Positions 1 through 9,282 of a stretch of 18,159 nt of DNA are shown in pieces (position 1 is the stretch's first letter; the number at the start of each line of letters is the position of its first letter). The notes below the pieces were generated by a model that was given only the letters and a program-made list of their open reading frames with translations, ran no database searches and had not been told where the DNA came from. The DNA is taken from positions 1 to 18,159 of the forward strand of contig JAQGDQ010002496.1 in the NCBI GenBank assembly GCA_030141605.1. The letters are read 5' to 3'. The position numbers and the translations under genes are program-made. Source of the DNA: Tubiluchus corallicola. Lineage: Eukaryota; Animalia; Priapulida.

Positions 1-2
1 AT

Positions 3-257
3 CTTGGGAGTTATCGGAAGGGTGCAGGGTGTGAAGTTTGCCTTGATACGGGGTATAAGGGGCGGATTGGTGTGTTTGAGGTGTTGGAGGTGGATGATGA
101 GGTCAGGCGATGCATCACCCATAAGAGATCTTCCCAGGAGATAGGCGACATTGCCAGAAAGAGCGGCTACAAAAATATGCTTGAGAACGGGATGGACCTT
201 ATAAAAGCGGGTGTAACGACACCTGAAGAGCTGCTTAGCATAGCAAGGACGGAGTAG
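3..257 (+). CDS. GspE/PilB-family secretion/pilus assembly ATPase, C-terminal fragment (5' end outside window)
   Basis: The frame is open from base 3 and reads LGSYRKGAGCEVCLDTGYKGRIGVFEVLEV...GVTTPEEL. This contains the second CxxC pair plus GYKGR.G.FE and G.TT.EE motifs of GspE/PilB. It lies directly upstream of a GspF/PilC gene. T2SS versus type IV pilus cannot be distinguished here. Confidence 0.9.
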   Translation, partial: LGSYRKGAGCEVCLDTGYKGRIGVFEVLEVDDEVRRCITHKRSSQEIGDIARKSGYKNMLENGMDLIKAGVTTPEELLSIARTE

Positions 258-262
258 TTATT

Positions 263-1456
263 ATGCCCACCTTTCGCTACACAGGCATCAGTAAGACTGG
301 TAAAAACGTCAAAGGCGCAAAAGAGGGCGCATCAAAACAGGCGGTGATCAACTCCCTTCTGTCCGAAGGGATACTCGTCTCGGATATAAAAGAACACGGA
401 AAGAAGAAGGGAATATCCTCCCTAAAGATATTCAGCGGCGGAAAGAAACAGATAGCTGATCTTTATTTCCAGCTCTCTCTTCTGTTGAGAAGCGGCATCC
501 CGCTGGTGGAGACGTTAAAGATACTCCACGGCAATATCAGCTCCCAGAGGCATAAGATCGTGCTGATGGAGCTGTCTTCAAAGGTGTCTGAGGGTATTAA
601 GTTTTCCGAAGCTCTTTCCCATTATGACGATGTCTTTGAGCCGATGTACGTCAATATCGTGAAAGCGTCGGAACATGTGGGTAGACTCCCCGAAGCTCTA
701 ATGGATATTGCAGTCTATGAAGAGGAGAAGCGAAAAGCTATCGACAGCTTGACCGGGGCTATGATCTATCCCCTTACGGTTCTTATTTTGGGTTTTGCGG
801 TTCTTGTGTTTTTGCTGAGTGTTGTCGTTCCGAAGATGGAGAATAGTATTCTCCATGCAGGCGCAGTTGCCGTTGAGTACATAGATCCTCCGAGCGCTTC
901 CGATTTTGTGAGCACTTTTGGGTTTTATATCCTTTGTGGTCTTATCTCTGCAGTATTTGTCTTCAGGCATTACTATCGCAAAAAGGGCGCATTCAGAAGC
1001 TATATCGATACCAGACTTTACAAGATAAGCATGGTTGAGGCTGTTGCCGTTTCTAGATACTGTCACGTCCTTGCGTTTCAGATCAACGAAGGTCTGCCCC
1101 TGGCAGAATGTATCCGTCACTCTAACGATACTGTTAGAAACATCTTCGTCCTGGATAAGATGCAGGAAGTTCATGAGATGGTGTTGGCTGGTACAAAGTT
1201 TTCAGATGGATTAAAGATGGTGGGGGTTTTCCCGGATCTGGTGTGTGCCGGTGCAAGTACCGGTGAGAAGTCCGGCAATCTTGGGGAACTGCTCAACAGG
1301 ATCAGTTTCTTTTACGGCAAGAGGGTGGAGAAGTTTACCTCCAAGTTTATCTCTTTGGTTGAGCCTCTGTTTATAATGACCATAGGGATGATGGTGGGCT
1401 TTATCATCATCGCCATAATGCAGCCCCTTCTCAGCTTGAGTGACATTGCAGCATAG
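263..1456 (+). CDS. Type II secretion system F family / PilC inner-membrane platform protein
   Basis: 397 aa with N-terminal F.Y.G....G..VKG, QLSLLLRSGIPL, ASEHVGRL, AMIYP, GEKSGNL and LVEP motifs and hydrophobic TM segments. A probable short compensated frameshift lies at about 843-891 (see findings). Confidence 0.9.
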   Translation: MPTFRYTGISKTGKNVKGAKEGASKQAVINSLLSEGILVSDIKEHGKKKGISSLKIFSGGKKQIADLYFQLSLLLRSGIPLVETLKILHGNISSQRHKIVLMELSSKVSEGIKFSEALSHYDDVFEPMYVNIVKASEHVGRLPEALMDIAVYEEEKRKAIDSLTGAMIYPLTVLILGFAVLVFLLSVVVPKMENSILHAGAVAVEYIDPPSASDFVSTFGFYILCGLISAVFVFRHYYRKKGAFRSYIDTRLYKISMVEAVAVSRYCHVLAFQINEGLPLAECIRHSNDTVRNIFVLDKMQEVHEMVLAGTKFSDGLKMVGVFPDLVCAGASTGEKSGNLGELLNRISFFYGKRVEKFTSKFISLVEPLFIMTIGMMVGFIIIAIMQPLLSLSDIAA

Positions 1457-1502
1457 TGAAGAAAAAAATATATTTCAAAAATAGCAGGTAATGATAGAAA
1501 AG

Positions 1503-3308
1503 ATGGATAAAAATCTTATACGCAACTTCAGCATAATAGCGCACATAGATCATGGCAAGTCGACACTTGCTGATCGACTGATAGAGTACACCGGAGCTGT
1601 GGAGGAGAGGAAGAAGCGGGAGCAGATGCTCGATTCCATGGACATAGAGCGGGAGCGGGGCATCACGATCAAGGCCCAGACAGCTCGCCTGCACTACAAA
1701 GCTTCCGACGGTCTGGAGTATCAGTTGAATCTGATAGATACTCCGGGGCATGTGGACTTTACGTATGAGGTTTCGAGGAGTTTGGCGGCTTGTGAAGGTG
1801 TTTTGCTGGTGGTGGACGCATCTCAGGGTGTGGAGGCACAAACCATTGCAAACGTGTACATGGCAATAGATGAGGAGCTTGAGATCATCCCGGTTATTAA
1901 CAAGATAGACCTTCCGAGCGCCGATGTGGAGGGCGTGAAATCGGAGATAGAGGAGATAATAGGGATAGATGCTTCAGAGGCGGTAGCTTCAAGCGCAAAG
2001 GAGGGAACCGGTACGGTTGAACTGTTTGAAGCGATTGTGAACAAAATCCCCCCCCCAACGGGAGATATTGATGCACCCTTCAAGGCGGTGATATTTGATG
2101 CCTGGTACGATTCTTATCGTGGTGTCGTCATCCTTTTCAGAGTTATCGACGGCAGCGTCAAGCTCGGGGATGAGATCCTTATGATGTCTGCAAACAGTAG
2201 ACATATCATAGACAGCTTAGGGGTGTTTACTCCCCAGGCGCTCTCCATAGGATCGTTGCATGCCGGAGAGGTCGGTTTCTTTACGGCTGCCATAAAGCGG
2301 CTCGATGATGTCAATATCGGGGATACCGTAACTACGTTTAAGAAGCCCGCTAAAGATCCTTTTCCAGGTTTTAAAGAGGTCAAGCCCGTTGTTTTTTGCG
2401 GGATGTTTCCGATAGATACAAAAGATTATGAAGACCTACGTGACGCCCTTGACAAGCTCAAGTTAAATGACAGCTCTATTAGTTATGAGACCGAATCTTC
2501 AGCTGCTTTGGGTTTTGGTTATCGTTGCGGTTTTTTGGGTCTTCTTCATATGGATATAATCAGGGAGAGGCTTGAGAGGGAGTTTGACCTTGGGATAATA
2601 TCCACATCTCCATCCGTCGTTTACAGGCTCGTGGGGCATGACGGTGGATATGAGTATGTCGACAATCCCACAAAGCTTCCACCTCCGGACAAGTATAAAC
2701 ATATAGAGGAGCCCTGTATAGTCGGCACAATAATATTGCCGTCAGAATATGTGGGGACTGTGATGAACCTGCTCCAGGATAGAAGGGGCACCCAGAGAAA
2801 TATGAAATTTATGGGGGAAAAAAGGGTTCTGATGGAGTATGATATTCCGTTGGCTGAGGTTGTTACCGATTTTTATGATCGTTTGAAGTCTGTGTCTCGG
2901 GGTTATGCGTCGTTTGACTACGAGTTTGGCGGTTATGTCAAGACGGATCTTGTGAAGCTCGATATCCAGATAAACAAGGAGCCGGTGGATGCTTTGTCTA
3001 TCATAGTGTACAAGGATTATGCCTATCGTCGCGGCAGGGAGCTTGTGGATGTTATGAAGAAGGAGATACCGAGGCAGATGTTTGAGGTGTCGATACAGGC
3101 TACCGTCGGCAGCAAGATAGTTGCTGCGAGCAAGGTCAGTGCTTTTCGCAAGAATGTCACTGCAAAGTGCTATGGTGGAGACGTGTCACGGAAGAGGAAG
3201 TTGCTCGAGAAGCAGAAAGAGGGTAAAAAACGTATGAAGCAGATAGGAGCGGTGGAGGTTCCACAGAAGGCATTTCTAGCGGCTTTGCGCACCGGAGAGG
3301 ATAGCTAG
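1503..3308 (+). CDS. lepA: Translation elongation factor 4 (LepA)
   Basis: [48 protein letters not shown] and [25 protein letters not shown] motifs. An alternative in-frame ATG lies at 1491. Confidence 0.98.
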   Translation: MDKNLIRNFSIIAHIDHGKSTLADRLIEYTGAVEERKKREQMLDSMDIERERGITIKAQTARLHYKASDGLEYQLNLIDTPGHVDFTYEVSRSLAACEGVLLVVDASQGVEAQTIANVYMAIDEELEIIPVINKIDLPSADVEGVKSEIEEIIGIDASEAVASSAKEGTGTVELFEAIVNKIPPPTGDIDAPFKAVIFDAWYDSYRGVVILFRVIDGSVKLGDEILMMSANSRHIIDSLGVFTPQALSIGSLHAGEVGFFTAAIKRLDDVNIGDTVTTFKKPAKDPFPGFKEVKPVVFCGMFPIDTKDYEDLRDALDKLKLNDSSISYETESSAALGFGYRCGFLGLLHMDIIRERLEREFDLGIISTSPSVVYRLVGHDGGYEYVDNPTKLPPPDKYKHIEEPCIVGTIILPSEYVGTVMNLLQDRRGTQRNMKFMGEKRVLMEYDIPLAEVVTDFYDRLKSVSRGYASFDYEFGGYVKTDLVKLDIQINKEPVDALSIIVYKDYAYRRGRELVDVMKKEIPRQMFEVSIQATVGSKIVAASKVSAFRKNVTAKCYGGDVSRKRKLLEKQKEGKKRMKQIGAVEVPQKAFLAALRTGEDS

Positions 3309-3309
3309 G

Positions 3310-3897
3310 ATGACTGCTAAGGATTCTACAGCACCGAAAAAAAGGAAGGGCTTCTTAAGAGATACTATGGATTCGATAGCTGTCGCGTTTGTGGTGGCTA
3401 TGATCATAAGGATAATCTTTATCCAGACTTACAAGATCCCTACAGGCTCCATGCTCGATACGTTGCAGATCGGCGACAGGATAGTGTTGAATCGTCTTGC
3501 TTATATCGGAAGTTCGCCGAAGTTGGATGATGTTGTCGTATTTGAATATCCGATAGAACCTACAAAGGATTTTATCAAGCGGATCGTTGGGGTGCCCGGG
3601 GACGTCATAAGGATAGAGAGCAAGATCCTGTACAGAAATGGCGAAAGGATAGATTCAGATTATGTAAGGCACAGCGACAAGCGTATCTTTAACGTTCGGG
3701 ATCATGTTTCAGAATTTAGGGTGCCTGAGGGCATGTATTTTGTATTGGGCGACAATAGGGACAACAGTGAAGACAGCAGATTCTGGGGCTTTGTGAGGGA
3801 AGACACCATCAAGGGGAAAGCTCTTCTGATCTTCTGGTCTTGGGATAGCAGCGTGAGTAAGCCCCGTTTCGAGAGGATCTTTACTCTGATCAAGTAG
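3310..3897 (+). CDS. lepB: Signal peptidase I
   Basis: IPTGSM (catalytic Ser), FIKRIVG.PGD (catalytic Lys) and [14 protein letters not shown] motifs, one N-terminal TM segment, and the conserved lepA-lepB order. Confidence 0.97.
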   Translation: MTAKDSTAPKKRKGFLRDTMDSIAVAFVVAMIIRIIFIQTYKIPTGSMLDTLQIGDRIVLNRLAYIGSSPKLDDVVVFEYPIEPTKDFIKRIVGVPGDVIRIESKILYRNGERIDSDYVRHSDKRIFNVRDHVSEFRVPEGMYFVLGDNRDNSEDSRFWGFVREDTIKGKALLIFWSWDSSVSKPRFERIFTLIK

Positions 3898-3932
3898 ACA
3901 TTCTGATTTTAATAAATCTTTTGGGGTATTTT

Positions 3933-4645
3933 ATGGGAATTAAGTACAAAAAAATATTGCTCAAGCTGAGTGGGGAAGCTCTAATGGGCAGCGGCAATTA
4001 TGGGATAGATCCCGAAGTTGCAAAGTATATTGCCACAGAGATAAAGCCCGTCTGCGAGATTGGCTGTGAAATTGGCGTCGTCGTTGGCGGTGGAAACATA
4101 TTCAGAGGCATTGCAGGCGCTGCAAGGGGACTTGACAGGGCCAGTGCCGATTATATGGGGATGCTTGCGACATTGATAAATTCCCTTGCGTTGCAAAATG
4201 CTCTGGAGAGCGTCGGTGTTGAGACGAGGGTTCAGAGTTCCATAGAGATGCGTCAGATTGCCGAGCCGTATATACGCCGCAAAGCCATGAGGCATCTTGA
4301 CAAGAAGCGCGTAGTGATCTTCGGAGGGGTACGGGCAACCCGTATTTCACCACAGATACGGCGGCAACGTTGCGGGCGAGCGAAATAAACGCCGACGTCG
4401 TGATCAAAGCGACAAAGGTCGATGGGGTCTATGATGCGGATCCTCACCAGGTTGAGGGGGCTGTGAAGTTTGACAAAATATCATACCTTGATGTGCTCAA
4501 TAAAGGGTTGAAAGTGTTGGACTCTACTGCTATATCAATGTGTATGGATAATAATTTACCGATAATAGTTTTTAATCTGCTCAATGAAGGCAGCCTGTTG
4601 AAAATAGTGCAGGGGGAGCCTTTGGGCACTATCGTGGAGGGTTAG
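3933..4645 (+). CDS. pyrH: Uridylate kinase, frameshifted in this sequence (one G missing in the run at 4326-4329)
   Basis: The N-part reads [27 protein letters not shown]. Adding one G at 4326-4329 restores [29 protein letters not shown], which joins the C-part [13 protein letters not shown]. The gene lies upstream of frr. Confidence 0.93.
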
Positions 4646-5205
4646 TGATGCCAGATAACATATTGAATTCTGCCCAATCTAAGATGGATAAGGGTATTGA
4701 GTATTTTCAGACGGAGCTAAAATCCGTCCGTACGGGAAGAGCCAACATAAGCCTTCTCGACAGCGTCAAGGTGGACTACTATGGTAGCATGAGTCCATTG
4801 TCGACGGTCGCTTCAATAGCAGCGCCTGAGGCGCGCCTTCTGACGGTGCAACCTTGGGATGCGAGCCTCTTGCCGCAGATAGAGAAGGCGATAAATGCGA
4901 GCAACCTCGGTCTAAATCCGTCAAATGACGGCAAAATTATACGTCTCCCTATACCTGCGCTCACGGAGGATAGGAGGAAGGAGTTTGTAAAGCAGGTCCG
5001 CAAAATGGCTGAAGATTGCAAAGTCGTCATAAGGAACGAAAGAAGAAGCTTCAACGATAGGATCAAAAAGCTGGAAAAGGGCGGAGAGATCACAGAAGAT
5101 GATGAGAAGGACTTTTATGACAAGATCCAGAAGTTGACGGACAAGTACGTTGCTGAAATAGATCAGATAAGTGCGAAAAAAGAGAAAGATATAATGGAGA
5201 TATAA
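4645..5205 (+). CDS. frr: Ribosome recycling factor
   Basis: VRTGRAN, LGLNPSNDG, IRLPIPALTEDRRKE and KEKDIME motifs. GTG start at 4645 (overlapping the pyrH stop) or ATG at 4648. Confidence 0.97.
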   Translation: MMPDNILNSAQSKMDKGIEYFQTELKSVRTGRANISLLDSVKVDYYGSMSPLSTVASIAAPEARLLTVQPWDASLLPQIEKAINASNLGLNPSNDGKIIRLPIPALTEDRRKEFVKQVRKMAEDCKVVIRNERRSFNDRIKKLEKGGEITEDDEKDFYDKIQKLTDKYVAEIDQISAKKEKDIMEI

Positions 5206-5213
5206 CCTTAGAG

Positions 5214-5921
5214 ATGTCAAGTTTGCCAACGCACGTTGGTATAATAATGGACGGTAACGGCAGGTGGGCAAAGGAGAGATACCTTCCGAGGATGGCAGGA
5301 CATAATGAGGGGAGTAAGGTCACCAAGGAGATCGTGAAGTGTGCTGCAAGGAGCGGTATAAAGTATCTTAGCCTTTTTGTGTTCTCCACGGAAAACTGGT
5401 GTCGTCCCAGCAGTGAAATAGACTTTTTGATGGGGCTCCTGGATAGGTTTATGGATAGAGAGAGGTCTCTTATCCTGGACAACAACATCAGGTTTGTCGT
5501 CTCCGGAAACTACAGCGACCTGCCCGAAAATATCTGTGCCAAGATAGAGGATCTCGTCGAGAGCAGCAAAGACGGCGATGGGATGGTGCTAAATATAGCT
5601 TTGAGTTACGGTGGCAGGCAGGAGATCGTAGTTGCTGCAAAGAGGATTGCCCTCGATGTGCAGAATGGTGCCTTGGGTATCGACGACATCGATGAAGATA
5701 TCTTCCCCAACTATCTCTATAACGGATTTATCCCCAATATCGATCTTCTCATACGTACGGGTTGTGAGTTTCGGGTGAGCAATTTTATGTTGTGGCGTAT
5801 AGCTTATGCTGAACTGCTCTTCATAGATAAATTTTGGCCGAGTGTAAGTGTGGATGACTTTGTCGGAGCTTTGGATACTTACGCTGCAAGGGCTAGACGT
5901 TTCGGGAATGTAGAAGAGTAA
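5214..5921 (+). CDS. uppS: Undecaprenyl diphosphate synthase (cis-prenyltransferase)
   Basis: HVGIIMDGNGRWA, FSTENW.RP, ALSYGGRQEI and DLLIRTG.E.RVSNFMLW motifs; frr-uppS-cdsA order. Confidence 0.97.
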   Translation: MSSLPTHVGIIMDGNGRWAKERYLPRMAGHNEGSKVTKEIVKCAARSGIKYLSLFVFSTENWCRPSSEIDFLMGLLDRFMDRERSLILDNNIRFVVSGNYSDLPENICAKIEDLVESSKDGDGMVLNIALSYGGRQEIVVAAKRIALDVQNGALGIDDIDEDIFPNYLYNGFIPNIDLLIRTGCEFRVSNFMLWRIAYAELLFIDKFWPSVSVDDFVGALDTYAARARRFGNVEE

Positions 5922-5942
5922 TTTTTTTTTGGAGCAGAAACT

Positions 5943-6746
5943 ATGGCGCTTGACAATTTTTCAACACGCATCTTGACCACGCTGTTGTTGGCTCCCGCGG
6001 TTGTCGGACTTATCATTTACGGCGGTAATATCCCCTTCTTTGTGGCACTTCAGATATTTGTCCTCCTGGGCACGTATGAAACCATCAAGATATTACGGGC
6101 CAAGGGGATCGTGCCGAACAGATTTGTGGCGTACTTCGGAGCTTTGTCCATACCAGCTGCGTTCTTTTTTACAAACTTTACCCTGTTTGCCTTTGCACTT
6201 TTCTTTGTACTGTTCCTCTCATTTTTCCTGCGCTTGGTGGGGAATGAACCGTTTACGGATATATTTCACACGTTGGGGGGCAATCTTTTTATCTGCCTTT
6301 ATACCCCTTTTCTTCTCGGTTTTCTCTATCTTATCTATGATGTGGGGTATATTTGGGTCATCTATCTTTTGATCATCGTTTGGCTCAACGACACCGGTGC
6401 ATATCTCACAGGAAGCTCAATAGGCAAGAGACCATTGATCAGCTCCGTAAGCGCTGCAAAAACCGTGGAAGGGCTCATCGGAGGCATAGTACTCTCCCTG
6501 ATTGGCGGTCTGATATTTTCCTATCTCTATCTTGACTTGCCCCTGCTCCTCATGATCATAATCCCTCTGGATGTGGCTGCTGCCGCCATCCTTGGTGATC
6601 TGTTCGAATCTATGCTGAAAAGGGATGCAAAGCTTAAAGATAGCGGAAATATATTCCCCGGTCACGGAGGCGTCCTGGATAGGATTGACTCCATAATATT
6701 TGCAGGGCCGGTTCTGTACTTCTATATCTATTATCTGGTGATCTGA
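5943..6746 (+). CDS. cdsA: Phosphatidate cytidylyltransferase
   Basis: Polytopic membrane protein with DTGAY, KTVEG and GDLFESMLKRDAKLKDSGNIFPGHGGVLDRIDS signature. Confidence 0.96.
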   Translation: MALDNFSTRILTTLLLAPAVVGLIIYGGNIPFFVALQIFVLLGTYETIKILRAKGIVPNRFVAYFGALSIPAAFFFTNFTLFAFALFFVLFLSFFLRLVGNEPFTDIFHTLGGNLFICLYTPFLLGFLYLIYDVGYIWVIYLLIIVWLNDTGAYLTGSSIGKRPLISSVSAAKTVEGLIGGIVLSLIGGLIFSYLYLDLPLLLMIIIPLDVAAAAILGDLFESMLKRDAKLKDSGNIFPGHGGVLDRIDSIIFAGPVLYFYIYYLVI

Positions 6747-7852
6747 TGAAGAGGATCGGGATAGTAGGTTCCAGCGGCTCCATCGGTAGACAGACCGTGG
6801 ATATTATTGCGCGACACAGGGGGATGTTTGATGTGAAGTTCATCACTGTCCACAGCAATCATTCTCTGGGTTCGGAACAGGCTGCGCTTATTGAATCAGA
6901 TCATCTTTTTGTTACCGGCAATGACGGCATGAAGGACGTCCTCAGCGCCATCGATGCGGAAGATCTTGACCTCCTTGTGGTGGCAACCGTCGGTGCATCA
7001 GGTATAGAACCCGCTTATTGTGCAGCAGGCAGGGGGGTCGATATAGCCCTTGCCAACAAAGAGTGCATAGTGGCAGCAGGAAGAATTATCCTCGCCAGAG
7101 CCGCTAAAAGCGGTGCCAAGATAATCCCCGTGGATAGCGAACATTCAGCCATATATCAATGCCTCATGGGGCAGGACAAGGATTATCTGGATAAAATAAT
7201 CTTAACAGCGAGCGGAGGCCCTTTCCGGGATCACAGCATTCAGTCGTTGGCGGATGTCAGCGTGGCGGACGCTTTAAAACACCCAAACTGGGACATGGGG
7301 AGCAAGATCACCATAGATTCTGCCACCATGATGAACAAGGGGTTGGAGCTTATTGAGGCGCGGTATCTGTTTGACGTGCCGTTTGAGAAGTTGAGCGTTG
7401 TGATACATCCTGAGAGTATTATCCACTCCGTGGTATCCTTCTGTGATGGCAGTATGCTCGCCCAGCTCGGCGAGCCCGATATGAGAACACCCATATCGTT
7501 TGCGTTGGGCTTCCCCGCCAGAATCCCCAGCGGAGTTAAACCGATCGATCTTACCGAGGGTTTGAGCCTGAATATGTATAAGCCTGACCTGACCAAATAT
7601 AAATGCCTCGCCTTGGCATTGGAAGTCCTCAAAAATGACAAAAATATATGGATGATAGCGTTGAACGCTGCCAACGAGATTGCCGTTGCCGCTTTTTTGG
7701 AGAATAAGATACCGTTTTTGGAGATAGCGGATGTTGTCGAGAGAGCAACATTCTCATTTGCAGCCGGCGACGTCTCGGATATATCCGAGATATATGAAGT
7801 GGATGCTGCAGCCAGACACAGGACAAAAGATATAATAGAGGGAGTATACTAG
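6746..7852 (+). CDS. dxr: 1-deoxy-D-xylulose 5-phosphate reductoisomerase
   Basis: GSSGSIG, LANKE, PVDSEHSAIYQ, TASGGPFR, HPNWDMGSKITIDSATMMNKGLE and NAANE motifs. Confidence 0.98.
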   Translation: MKRIGIVGSSGSIGRQTVDIIARHRGMFDVKFITVHSNHSLGSEQAALIESDHLFVTGNDGMKDVLSAIDAEDLDLLVVATVGASGIEPAYCAAGRGVDIALANKECIVAAGRIILARAAKSGAKIIPVDSEHSAIYQCLMGQDKDYLDKIILTASGGPFRDHSIQSLADVSVADALKHPNWDMGSKITIDSATMMNKGLELIEARYLFDVPFEKLSVVIHPESIIHSVVSFCDGSMLAQLGEPDMRTPISFALGFPARIPSGVKPIDLTEGLSLNMYKPDLTKYKCLALALEVLKNDKNIWMIALNAANEIAVAAFLENKIPFLEIADVVERATFSFAAGDVSDISEIYEVDAAARHRTKDIIEGVY

Positions 7853-7856
7853 ATTT

Positions 7857-9269
7857 ATGAGTTCATTTGAAGCTTTTAACGCCACATTCATTGGCGCCGC
7901 CCTTGGCAATCTTCAGGGTATTTTTGTGGCGATTATTATGCTTGGGGTGCTGATTGCTGTGCACGAGTTTGGACATTTTCTTGCGGCGAAATATTACGGC
8001 GTGTTTGTGGAGAAGTTTTCCATAGGGTTTGGCACCGTTCTTTTCAAGAAGACCATAGGTGAGACGGAATATAGATTGTCCGCTATTCCTTTAGGGGGCT
8101 ACGTCAGTATGTACGGGGAAGGTTCGGAGAAGAAAGACACAATGCAAAACCTTTCCGGTAGAGGATTTACAGACAAGTCACTGCTCGTCCGTTCCGTTAT
8201 CATCATGGCGGGCCCTGTGTTCAACTTTGCGTTTGCGGCGATACTTTTTGCTTCCATCTACATCTTCTTTGGCAAATCCGAGAAGCTTACCTTTGTGGGC
8301 TATGTAGCTGAAGCATATTCCGATACTTCGCCTAACGGCATAATGGAAGGGGACAGAATTATACGTATAGGTGAACTCGACGTAGAATACTGGAGCCAAG
8401 TAAATGATTACGTGGCAGACAGGGCAGGAGATGTTGTGAGTGTTGATTTTGTCCGTGGCAACATCGTGATGACTTCAAGCGTCAATGTGGGATCTGCCGT
8501 TGTGCAAAATGTCTTTGGAGAGGCCGAGACTATCGGGGATTTGCGTTTGCGCCCTAGGGAATTGGTCATTATAGGTTCTGTTATGGAGGATCATCCCGCC
8601 TATGGAAAGTTGCAAGAGGGGGATGAGGTCATCTCTGTGGCGGGTTATGATGTGAGCAATTGGTTTGAGATGGGTAGATATATACGTCTTCATCCGGGTG
8701 AGGCGATAGTATTTGGAGTATCCCGGGGGGGCGACCTGATCGATGTGAGCATCACTCCAAAATCGAATGAGATCGAGGACGCTGACGGCAATATTGTGGA
8801 GGTAGGATATATCGGCGTGATGCAGGGTGCCTCAGATCAGGATGTCGTGCGCGTGCGCTCAAATCCGATCTATGCGCTCTATCTCGGGGTAAAAGATACC
8901 TACAAGATGTCAAAACTTATCCTGGTGAGTGTCGTCAAGATGTTTCAGGGAGTTGTTAAGACCGATAATATCGGCGGCCCCGTAGCTATTGTGAGTATGG
9001 CGTCAAAGACAGCTTCAACGGGGTTGCTCAGTCTGATCTTCTATACGGCGTTCATAAGTATAAACCTTGCTATAATAAATCTTCTCCCCATACCGATTTT
9101 GGATGGTGGGGCTCTGTTATTTAATGCTGTGGAGGGTGCAACCGGGCGACCTATCCCGAACCGCATCAAGAATGCTGCGCATACGTTGGGCGTTGTCCTT
9201 CTCGGTACTCTGCTCTTTTTTGCCCTTTACAACGATTTTACTAAAATTTTGCTTCCGATGATGGAATAG
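7857..9269 (+). CDS. rseP: RIP zinc metalloprotease RseP (site-2 protease with PDZ domains)
   Basis: HEFGH zinc motif, FSIGFG, IPLGGYV, AGP..N and NLLPIPILDGG motifs, and two GD.I..(I/V)-type PDZ-like segments; follows dxr. Confidence 0.96.
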   Translation: MSSFEAFNATFIGAALGNLQGIFVAIIMLGVLIAVHEFGHFLAAKYYGVFVEKFSIGFGTVLFKKTIGETEYRLSAIPLGGYVSMYGEGSEKKDTMQNLSGRGFTDKSLLVRSVIIMAGPVFNFAFAAILFASIYIFFGKSEKLTFVGYVAEAYSDTSPNGIMEGDRIIRIGELDVEYWSQVNDYVADRAGDVVSVDFVRGNIVMTSSVNVGSAVVQNVFGEAETIGDLRLRPRELVIIGSVMEDHPAYGKLQEGDEVISVAGYDVSNWFEMGRYIRLHPGEAIVFGVSRGGDLIDVSITPKSNEIEDADGNIVEVGYIGVMQGASDQDVVRVRSNPIYALYLGVKDTYKMSKLILVSVVKMFQGVVKTDNIGGPVAIVSMASKTASTGLLSLIFYTAFISINLAIINLLPIPILDGGALLFNAVEGATGRPIPNRIKNAAHTLGVVLLGTLLFFALYNDFTKILLPMME

Positions 9270-9282
9270 GAGTTATGTAGAT

